This document shows, piece by piece, positions 16,938 to 23,993 of a stretch of DNA of 32,000 bases (position 1 is its first letter; each line of letters starts with the position of its first letter). Source of the stretch: Desulfobulbus propionicus DSM 2032 (lineage in GTDB: Bacteria; Desulfobacterota; Desulfobulbia; Desulfobulbales; Desulfobulbaceae); assembly GCF_000186885.1 (NCBI RefSeq), contig NC_014972.1, forward strand, positions 2,010,001 to 2,042,000, given 5' to 3'. Both the position numbers and the translations under genes were made by a program. The notes beneath the pieces were generated by a model that saw only the letters and a program-made list of their open reading frames with translations, did no database searches and was not told the DNA's origin.

Positions 16938-18403
16938 TGAACAACCGGTCCGCGACATCTCCAACCAACCGGGACAGCTTGGTTGACATCGTCATCGTCG
17001 ACGATGAGCAGGATTTTGCCCGTGGCCTGGCCCGCCTGGTATCCGGACGTTTTCCCGAGGCGCGGGTGGAAGCGGCCCTGAGCGGTGCGGAGGCTTTGCG
17101 CCTGCTTGCCGCGCGCAAGGTGCAGCTGATGATCACCGACCTGCGCATGCCGGAGATGAACGGCATGCAGTTGCTCACCGAGGCCCTCAAGCTCGATCCG
17201 GATCTGAGCATGGTAGTGCTTAGCGCCTACGGCACCATCGAGACCGCGGTCGAGGCACTGCACGCCGGCGCCTACGATTTTCTCACCAAACCCATCGAAC
17301 CGGAGCAACTGTTCCGGGTGGTGGCCAAGGGGCTGGAACGCAGCCGGCTGCTGACGGAAAACAATCGGCTGCGTCAGATCCTCTCGCAACAGGATTCCCA
17401 GGGAGAACTGGTGGGCGAGGGACCAGCCATGCGCACGTTGCGCCAGGCCATCGGCGCGGTCGCCCAGTCCGACTACACGGTGCTGATCCGGGGAGAGTCG
17501 GGCACGGGCAAGGAACTGGCCGCCCGCCTGATCCACCGCCTGGGAGGACGGGCCGACAATCCCTTTCTCGTGGTCAACTGCCCGGCGATCCCGGAAAACC
17601 TGTTGGAAAGCGAGCTGTTCGGGCATGTCAGGGGGGCCTTCACCGGTGCCGACAAGGCGCACCAGGGGTTGTTCGCCGCCGCCCACACCGGTACCCTCCA
17701 CCTGGATGAGATCGGCGACATCAGCCCTGCGGTCCAGACCAAACTGCTGCGTTTCCTTCAGAACGGCGAGATCCGGCCGGTCGGTTCCAACGAATCCCAA
17801 TCGGTCGATGTCCGGGTGATCGCCTCCACCAACCGCGATCTTGAAGCCAGCCTGCGCGACAACGCCTTCCGCGAGGATCTCTACTATCGTCTCAATGTCC
17901 TCACCCTGACCCTGCCGGCCCTGCGCGAGCGCCCCGAGGACATTCCCCTCCTCGCCGGCCATTTTCTCCGCCGCTCCTGCGAGGAGATGGGGCTGGCCGG
18001 CAAGGAGATGGACGCGGAAGTCCTGCAATGGCTGACCGCGCGCCCCTGGCCGGGCAACGTGCGCGAACTGCAGAGTTTCATCCGCCGGTTGGCGGTGTTC
18101 TGTACCGGCGAACGGCTGGACATGGCCCTGGTGCGGCGCGTCCTGGAAGGCAGCGGCCAAACCGACCGGCCTCATCGGCCCGTCCACGGCCGGCCGACCA
18201 GGCCAATGGCCTACAAGGAGGCCAAGGCCGAGGTGGTGCATGCCTTCACCCAGGACTACGTCAGGAATCTGTTGACCCTGACGCGCGGCAATGTGTCCGA
18301 GGCGGCACGGATCTCGGGCCTGTCGCGGGTGGCCTTGCAAAAGATCCTGGCGCGGATGGGCGAACAGGCCGCCACCTTCCGCTCCCAGAAGGGCGCGCCC
18401 TAG
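16934..18403 (+). CDS. Sigma54-dependent response regulator (NtrC/ZraR family)
   Basis: Receiver VDIVIVDDEQD...ITDLRMPEMNG; AAA+ GESGTGKELAARLIH, ELFGHVRGAFTGA; C-terminal Fis-like NVSEAARISGLSRVALQKIL. GTGA overlap with the kinase stop. Confidence 0.95.
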   Translation: MMNNRSATSPTNRDSLVDIVIVDDEQDFARGLARLVSGRFPEARVEAALSGAEALRLLAARKVQLMITDLRMPEMNGMQLLTEALKLDPDLSMVVLSAYGTIETAVEALHAGAYDFLTKPIEPEQLFRVVAKGLERSRLLTENNRLRQILSQQDSQGELVGEGPAMRTLRQAIGAVAQSDYTVLIRGESGTGKELAARLIHRLGGRADNPFLVVNCPAIPENLLESELFGHVRGAFTGADKAHQGLFAAAHTGTLHLDEIGDISPAVQTKLLRFLQNGEIRPVGSNESQSVDVRVIASTNRDLEASLRDNAFREDLYYRLNVLTLTLPALRERPEDIPLLAGHFLRRSCEEMGLAGKEMDAEVLQWLTARPWPGNVRELQSFIRRLAVFCTGERLDMALVRRVLEGSGQTDRPHRPVHGRPTRPMAYKEAKAEVVHAFTQDYVRNLLTLTRGNVSEAARISGLSRVALQKILARMGEQAATFRSQKGAP

Positions 18404-18450
18404 GATGCGCTCCGGAGCAGGTGTTGCGGAGCGGGAAGAGCAACGTTGGC

Positions 18451-18488
18451 TGCATTCGTGAAAACCAGCCTCGGCTTGCACGAATGCA
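18451..18488 (+). promoter_or_regulatory. Large inverted repeat in the leader of the YeiH-like transporter gene
   Basis: TGCATTCGTG (18451-18460) and CACGAATGCA (18479-18488) are perfect 10-bp complementary arms around an 18-nt interval. Located just upstream of the SD (AAGGAGG) and ATG 18515. Confidence 0.5.
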
Positions 18489-18514
18489 TCATTTTAAACC
18501 AAAAAGGAGGTTGT

Positions 18515-20287
18515 ATGGAGCAAGACAACACGCACAACAAATCGGGAGAGGGAGGAGGCTTTATCAGCGAGGACTGGCTGGCGCTGATTCTGGGCCTCGT
18601 CATTTTCGGTCTCAGCCTGATGTCGTTCAAGGGAACGGATATCCTTGGCTGGGGCGCCAAAACCGGGGTGTGGATCGATCCGGGCAAGGCGATCACCGCC
18701 ATTTCCAGCAAGTATCAGACCGTGGCCGGCGAGATCACCAAGATCGACGGCCAGAAGATAACGGTCAAGAAAAAGGATGGCAAGGAGGCGTCGGTCACCG
18801 TTGACGGTGACGTTTCCGCGCTGAAAGTCGGCGACAAATTCGAGAAGAAGGGCATGTCCTCGATCATGTCGGTCGCCCTGACCTACCTGTTCGCCCTGGC
18901 GATCATGACCATCGGCGCCGTCGCCCTGGGGGCCAACGTGCCCAAGTTCATGTTCGGCTTCACCCTGGCCTTCTGGCTCAGCTACCTGTGCTGGTTCATG
19001 GGCCATTTCGCCTACATCGCCGCCACCAAGGATCAGGCCGCCAAGTTTGGCATCCCCTGGGCGATGAGCATGAGCGGCGAGTTTGGCTTCATCCTTGCCC
19101 TGATCCTCGGTCTGATCATCGGCAACTTCTTCCCCGGTCTGGCCAACCTGATGAAGGAAGCGGCCCGGCCCGAGCTGTACATCAAGACCGGTATTGTCAT
19201 CATGGGCGCCGGCCTGGGCATCAAGGCCGCCGAATCCTTTGGTCTGGCCAGCAACATCATGTTCCGGGGCTTCTGCGCCATTGTCGAGGCCTATCTGATC
19301 TACTGGGCAGTGGTCTACTACATTTCCCGCAAATATTTTAAATTTAGCCGTGAATGGTCGGCGCCGCTGGCCTCGGGCATCTCGATCTGCGGCGTGAGCG
19401 CTTCCATCGCCACCGGCGGTGCCATCCGCGCCCGGCCGATCGTGCCGATCATGGTTTCGTCGCTGGTGGTGATCTTCGTGGCCGTGGAGATGGTCATCCT
19501 GCCGTTCATCGCCAAGTTCTATCTGTGGACCGAGCCGCTGGTCGCCGGCGCCTGGATGGGCTTGGCGGTCAAATCCGACGGCGGCGCCATTGCCTCGGGT
19601 GCCATCACCGACGCCCTGATCCGCGCCCAGGCCCTGGATGCGGCGGGCATCAACTACGCAGAAGGCTGGATCACCATGACCGCCACCACTGTCAAGATGT
19701 TCATCGATATCTTCATCGGCGTGTGGGCCTTTTTGCTGGCCTACATCTGGGTTGCCAAGATCGACGTCAAGCCGGGACAGAAGGTCGATGCCGCCGAGAT
19801 CTGGCATCGTTTCCCCAAGTTCGTCATCGGCTACGTGCTCACCTTTGTCATCCTGGTGGTGATGTGCTGGCCTGCGGCCAAGGTCATGGGACCGGCCGAA
19901 AAAGAGGCGGCCGAACTGAAGGCGGCGGTGACCTCCATTGAAACCAAGATGAAGGCCACCACCGATGCCACGGCGCTCGCCGCGCTAAAAATCGAACTGG
20001 ACGGCGTCAAGGCCCAGCAAAAAGCGGTCAACGACACCATGAAGGAGCCCAAGAGCTTCCTGAGCAAGGCCAAATCCGCCAGCAGCCAGGGCGATGTGTT
20101 CCGTGGCCTGTTCTTCCTGCTTTGCTTCTTCACCATCGGCCTGGTGTCCAACTTCAAGAAGCTGATGGAAGAGGGACTGGGCAAGCTGGCGGCGGTCTAC
20201 TGCATCAGCCTGTTCGGTTTCATCATCTGGGTCGGCCTGTTCATCTCATGGCTTTTCTTCCATGGCGTCAAGCCGCCCACCATCTAG
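18515..20287 (+). CDS. Putative sulfate exporter family / YeiH-like (UPF0324) membrane transporter with inserted soluble domains
   Basis: Multiple TM segments; GIVIMGAGLGIKAAESFG and SGISICGVSASIATGGAI resemble the YeiH/Cons_hypoth698 family. AAGGAGG SD and ATG at 18515 (ORF track starts earlier at 18446). Confidence 0.78.
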   Translation: MEQDNTHNKSGEGGGFISEDWLALILGLVIFGLSLMSFKGTDILGWGAKTGVWIDPGKAITAISSKYQTVAGEITKIDGQKITVKKKDGKEASVTVDGDVSALKVGDKFEKKGMSSIMSVALTYLFALAIMTIGAVALGANVPKFMFGFTLAFWLSYLCWFMGHFAYIAATKDQAAKFGIPWAMSMSGEFGFILALILGLIIGNFFPGLANLMKEAARPELYIKTGIVIMGAGLGIKAAESFGLASNIMFRGFCAIVEAYLIYWAVVYYISRKYFKFSREWSAPLASGISICGVSASIATGGAIRARPIVPIMVSSLVVIFVAVEMVILPFIAKFYLWTEPLVAGAWMGLAVKSDGGAIASGAITDALIRAQALDAAGINYAEGWITMTATTVKMFIDIFIGVWAFLLAYIWVAKIDVKPGQKVDAAEIWHRFPKFVIGYVLTFVILVVMCWPAAKVMGPAEKEAAELKAAVTSIETKMKATTDATALAALKIELDGVKAQQKAVNDTMKEPKSFLSKAKSASSQGDVFRGLFFLLCFFTIGLVSNFKKLMEEGLGKLAAVYCISLFGFIIWVGLFISWLFFHGVKPPTI

Positions 20288-20302
20288 CACGGAGGTATAG
20301 GT

Positions 20303-20470
20303 ATGGAAAAGAAACAACAGCCCAAACTGGCTGAGGAAATCAAAAAGATGGAGTACGAACCGCTGCTGCCGGCCGAGTTGTCGCTGATTCGCTGGAGCAT
20401 CGGTATCGGCGTGGGTTCGCTGTTCATTCTCTACTATCTGAGCAAGTGGCTCTTCCCCGGCGGCCACTGA
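20303..20470 (+). CDS. Small (55 aa) single-TM hypothetical protein linked to the transporter
   Basis: GGAGG SD at 20291-20295, ATG 20303. Translation MEKKQQPKLAEEIKKMEYEPLLPAELSLIRWSIGIGVGSLFILYYLSKWLFPGGH*. Below the size cut of the ORF track. Confidence 0.72.
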   Translation: MEKKQQPKLAEEIKKMEYEPLLPAELSLIRWSIGIGVGSLFILYYLSKWLFPGGH

Positions 20471-20505
20471 TCGGCTGAGCAACGGGAAAGACCCGAAAAC
20501 GGCTG

Positions 20506-20530
20506 CGGGGTGCGCGCGATGCGTACCCCG
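20506..20530. terminator. Hairpin between converging genes
   Basis: CGGGGTGCGC-GCGAT-GCGTACCCCG, 10-bp stem with one G.T wobble, 35 nt after the mini-protein stop and 20 nt from the end of the minus-strand gene. No T-tract. Confidence 0.4.
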
Positions 20531-20550
20531 CTGGAACGATCTATTTCTTG

Positions 20551-20832
20551 TCAATCACCGCGCGAGGCCGAAATGCGCATCATCTCCAAGGCTTCGCGGT
20601 ATTCCTCGAGGCGCTGTTCCCATTGGGGCAGCGCCTCGACGTCGTCCCGCCATCGGGCCATCTCCGCGTCGCTGATGGCCAACCGCCCTTCAGCCACGGC
20701 CTTGGCCGCTTCGGCATAGGTCATGCCGTGGTTCTTCTCCCGCTCGGCCAACGCGGCCCGGGTCGTGTTCACCACCTGTCGGCAGTGGTTGCGTTCACGG
20801 GTGAGGGAAATCTCGTATTCGTCGGTGTGCAT
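20551..20832 (-). CDS. Hypothetical protein (93 aa)
   Basis: Compact hydrophilic helical protein MHTDEYEISLTRERNHCRQVVNTTRAALAEREKNHGMTYAEAAKAV..., GGAGGAAAAG-like SD on the minus strand just upstream. Confidence 0.65.
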   Translation of the reverse strand: MHTDEYEISLTRERNHCRQVVNTTRAALAEREKNHGMTYAEAAKAVAEGRLAISDAEMARWRDDVEALPQWEQRLEEYREALEMMRISASRGD

Positions 20833-20879
20833 AGTTCTTTTCCTCCATGCAATAACAAGCCAAGCGGCGAGAGCCGTCT

Positions 20880-21488
20880 TCAGGCCAAAAGCACCAATCC
20901 GGCCAGGAGGCCCATGACCGTTTGGTCGATGGCGGTTTGCCTCGGATCAATTGGTTTGCAGTCCCATCCCGCGCTGGCGGCCAGGGCCATGAAATCCACC
21001 CCCATGGCCGAGAGGGAGGGCCGGGCCAGATCGGGATGACGGCAGGGTTGCCGCCTGCTCAACACCATGCAGGCCTCGTCCTGGGCGCAGAACAATTCCT
21101 TGCAGGAACCGGCGGCCAACCCCTGCGCCCGCCTCATGCCGCAGCTAAGCGCCGTCCGCTCCAGGGTGGCGGCGATACGATGGATGTCGCGGGCAATGGG
21201 CAGACGTCGTTCGTCCATCAACACCTCCGCCGGGACATCGATCTTGAACGCCACAACATGATAATAGTCGCGCAGATGCCGGCGAAAGACCGCCGGCGGG
21301 ATGGCGTGCGGTGGACAACCAGGCGCCAGGCCATAGCTCGGGCAACGAGTCGGGCCGGCGCATAGGGCGGCGAAACGGTCCTCGATCACCAGGGATTCGG
21401 CCGGAAGGACCGCCGCTGCCGTGGCGCCGAGCGACCGGGCCAGGGTGATCAAGTCATCAAGCACATCTGTTTGCTTGTTCATCACCAT
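20880..21488 (-). CDS. DUF2284-like metal-binding protein
   Basis: Cys motifs C-x7-CPSYGLAPGCPPHAIPP and GSCKELFCAQDEACMVLSRRQPCRHPDLARPSLSAMGVD resemble the DUF2284 family. Confidence 0.7.
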   Translation of the reverse strand: MVMNKQTDVLDDLITLARSLGATAAAVLPAESLVIEDRFAALCAGPTRCPSYGLAPGCPPHAIPPAVFRRHLRDYYHVVAFKIDVPAEVLMDERRLPIARDIHRIAATLERTALSCGMRRAQGLAAGSCKELFCAQDEACMVLSRRQPCRHPDLARPSLSAMGVDFMALAASAGWDCKPIDPRQTAIDQTVMGLLAGLVLLA

Positions 21489-21550
21489 GCATTCGACGGA
21501 ATGAGCCGCCCGATTGATCCGGACAAAAACGGTCGATTGGCCGCGTCGGT

Positions 21551-22597
21551 TCAGATCAACCGCTGATGGCGGAGCAGGGTCTGCAGACTACGGTGCGCCG
21601 CCAGGTAGCGTCCGTCCTCGGCATAGGTGGTCGGGTAGACCGTGGGCACCGGGTGGTGGGCCAGGTCGGCATCGACATTGGCAAAGGTGAACAGGCAGGA
21701 GTTGGACAGGGCCTTGGCGGTCCGATCTCGGCTGATGCGCTCGATGCCCGCCTCGACGCACACATAGCTGTCCTTGGTGTAGACCACCCGGGAGGTGAAG
21801 TGCAGCTTGTCGCCCATGCGCACCGGATGAAAAAAGTTGATCCGGTTGACGCCGGCGATGATCGACCGATTGGGTGCCACCAGCTCGGAGCAGATCGAAG
21901 ACAATTCAAAGGCACGGCGGATCAGGTAGCCGCCAAAGATGGTGAACGGCACGTTTTCCTGATCCGGGTACGTTCGTTCCCAGGCATCGGTAACCAACCG
22001 GCCGCACAACGATCCGCAGAAAGCCGGATCATCCTGGGCCTGGTGGAGCGCGGTCAGCAGTTCGTACTCGTCCCGACTGGGCGGCTCGCGCAGGGCCAGC
22101 TGCTGGTGGCGGTACTCCTCTCGTCGGGCCAGAGCCTTGCCCGCCCGCCGCTTCTCGATCGGCAGGGCGTAGTCAAGCGGCGGCAGGGCCACACTGACCA
22201 CGTTCTCGCCGTAGCCGGAGCGGGCCACCATGGTGAAGTAGCAGGAGGCGATGTGCAGGTGGGGTTCGCCAGGCTGTTCCACCCGAATACCGACCTCAAG
22301 CGAACTGCGGCCGACATGGTTGATGGTGGCGGCAAAAGTCAGATCACGGCGCACATCGACGGCATGACGGACCACGATGTTGTCGATGGCCGCGGTCACC
22401 ACCCGGGCGTCGGGGTGGAAACGGTTGACATAGGTGAGGGCCGCTTCCTCGGCCACCTTGTCGAGGATCTCGAGCAGCAAGCCGAAACGCATGTTGCCCT
22501 GGATAGGCTCATCGACCACCATGTAACGGCGGCGCAGGGCAGGGTCGCTGCCCAGGGACAGGGTACGGTGGTAAACGGTTTCACTGGGTTGGGTCAT
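21551..22597 (-). CDS. Acyl-CoA thioesterase-like protein (two hotdog domains)
   Basis: GNMRFGLLLEILDKVAEEAALTYVNRF...VVTAAIDNIVVRHAVDVRRDLTFAATINHVGRSSLEVGIRVEQ, and a second similar module (FGGYLIRRAFELS...FFHPVRMGDKLHFTSRVVYT...YVCVEAGIE). Confidence 0.8.
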   Translation of the reverse strand: MTQPSETVYHRTLSLGSDPALRRRYMVVDEPIQGNMRFGLLLEILDKVAEEAALTYVNRFHPDARVVTAAIDNIVVRHAVDVRRDLTFAATINHVGRSSLEVGIRVEQPGEPHLHIASCYFTMVARSGYGENVVSVALPPLDYALPIEKRRAGKALARREEYRHQQLALREPPSRDEYELLTALHQAQDDPAFCGSLCGRLVTDAWERTYPDQENVPFTIFGGYLIRRAFELSSICSELVAPNRSIIAGVNRINFFHPVRMGDKLHFTSRVVYTKDSYVCVEAGIERISRDRTAKALSNSCLFTFANVDADLAHHPVPTVYPTTYAEDGRYLAAHRSLQTLLRHQRLI

Positions 22598-22933
22598 GGG
22601 ATGTTCTCACTTCTCGCGAACAAGGGTCGGGACAGCGGCATTCCGCTGCCAGTGCAATCAGAGCGGTATTAACCACGTTTTCCCGATCCTGTCGATCTCC
22701 TTGCCACGAAAATCTCCACTGAGTCATGATGGCTTTCCTCCCACACGGCAAGCGGGGGACGACAACGGAGGTCCCGGTTGGTCAAACCGCTTGCTGCCGC
22801 CTTCTGTCCCTGGGGGGCTCAGCTATCCTCATCGTGTCGAATCGACGGTGCCGGATGGACGTCAGCGTTTGACCGTGCTCAGAATTTACTGATCGAACAA
22901 CGGCAATTATTTATAAATATTTTTATTCTTCAA

Positions 22934-22953
22934 ATACTTATACAAATAAGTAT
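22934..22953. repeat. Perfect inverted repeat in AT-rich leader upstream of superoxide dismutase
   Basis: ATACTTAT-ACAA-ATAAGTAT, 8-bp arms. Confidence 0.5.
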
Positions 22954-22973
22954 AAATTATTATTTTGTATTAT

Positions 22974-23001
22974 TTGACAATAAAATTTCCGGATTTACTG
23001 T
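22974..23001 (+). promoter_or_regulatory. Candidate sigma70-type promoter for superoxide dismutase
   Basis: TTGACA (22974-22979), 16-nt spacer, TACTGT (22996-23001), about 150 nt before ATG 23150 in an AT-rich island. Confidence 0.4.
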
Positions 23002-23149
23002 TTTGTTTACAACAGGGAGGGACGAGGTCCAGTTTCTACGAACAAGGGTATTTTTCTCCCGGATCATCCGAACGCGCTGTTGGTTGACCAGCATCTGCCC
23101 TGATCGCAGGTGCTTGCAAAACGACAACAATCAATGGACGAGGTATCCC

Positions 23150-23755
23150 ATGGAACATACACTGCCCCCATTACCCTACGCCTATGACGCATTGGAACCC
23201 TTCATCGATGCCCGCACCATGGAGATTCACCATACCAAACATCACCAGGCCTACATCACCAACCTCAACGCTGCACTCGGAGAACAGCCCGCTCTCGGCG
23301 AATTGAGCGTGGAAAAACTCCTGCACAATCTCAACGAGGTACCCGAGAACATCCGCACAGCAGTGCGCAATCACGGTGGCGGTCATGCCAACCACAGCTT
23401 CTTCTGGCCTCTGTTGAAGAAGGATGTGGCGGCCAAGGGGCCAGTGATCGAGGCCCTTAGCGATAAATACGGCGATTTCGATGCCTTCAAGGATCAATTT
23501 TCCACGGCCGCGATCAAGCTGTTCGGCAGTGGCTGGGCCTGGCTGGTGGTGGACAAGGGGAACCTGGAAATCATCACCACCCCCAATCAGGACAGCCCGC
23601 TCATGAACGGCAAGATTCCGGTGCTTGGCCTTGATGTTTGGGAACACGCCTACTACCTGCTCTATCAGAACCGGCGGCCCGACTATGTGGCTCAGTTTTT
23701 CAAGGTGATCAACTGGGAGAAAGTCAACGAGCACTATCTTGCGGCCATCGGCTGA
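23150..23755 (+). CDS. Superoxide dismutase (Fe/Mn family)
   Basis: [80 protein letters not shown] upstream. Confidence 0.97.
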   Translation: MEHTLPPLPYAYDALEPFIDARTMEIHHTKHHQAYITNLNAALGEQPALGELSVEKLLHNLNEVPENIRTAVRNHGGGHANHSFFWPLLKKDVAAKGPVIEALSDKYGDFDAFKDQFSTAAIKLFGSGWAWLVVDKGNLEIITTPNQDSPLMNGKIPVLGLDVWEHAYYLLYQNRRPDYVAQFFKVINWEKVNEHYLAAIG

Positions 23756-23781
23756 CGCAGTCGATACCGGTTGCCAGTGCA

Positions 23782-23821
23782 AGCCCTTGTTCTTTCCCAT
23801 GGAAAGGGCAGGGGCTTTTTT
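23782..23821 (+). terminator. Intrinsic terminator after superoxide dismutase
   Basis: AGCCC...CTTTCC-CAT-GGAAAG...GGGCT followed by TTTTTT. Confidence 0.8.
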
Positions 23822-23993
23822 GTGGGTCGATCACCCGATCTGATCGCGCACCCCCATCCAAGAGACGAAAGCAACAGCAATATCTGGACTCCAGCCGCCA
23901 TTCCGCTATAATAAAGAATCACTTCTCCATGTTTGCCGTGCTCAGCCGTTGTATCGGCGACGATTTTTCTTTTTCCTCCCGTTGCGGTTGTCC

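Noticed and set aside
14751-16964. 737-aa minus-strand ORF opposite the sensor kinase
   Set aside because: Shadow ORF. The plus strand carries the DUF3365, H-box and HATPase motifs.
16796-18481. 561-aa minus-strand ORF opposite the response regulator
   Set aside because: Shadow ORF. The plus strand carries receiver, GAFTGA and Fis-like motifs.
18470-18490. Sigma54 -24/-12 candidate CGGCTTGCACGAATGCA upstream of the transporter
   Set aside because: The GG-to-GC spacing is 11 nt rather than the required 10. TTGGCTGCATTCGTGA has 10-nt spacing but lacks the -12 GC, so no promoter call was made.
18494-19807. 437-aa minus-strand ORF opposite the YeiH-like transporter
   Set aside because: Low-complexity Asp/Gly/His/Gln-rich translation typical of antisense noise.
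21566-22672. 368-aa plus-strand ORF opposite the thioesterase
   Set aside because: The minus strand gives coherent double-hotdog domains; the plus translation looks like shadow noise.
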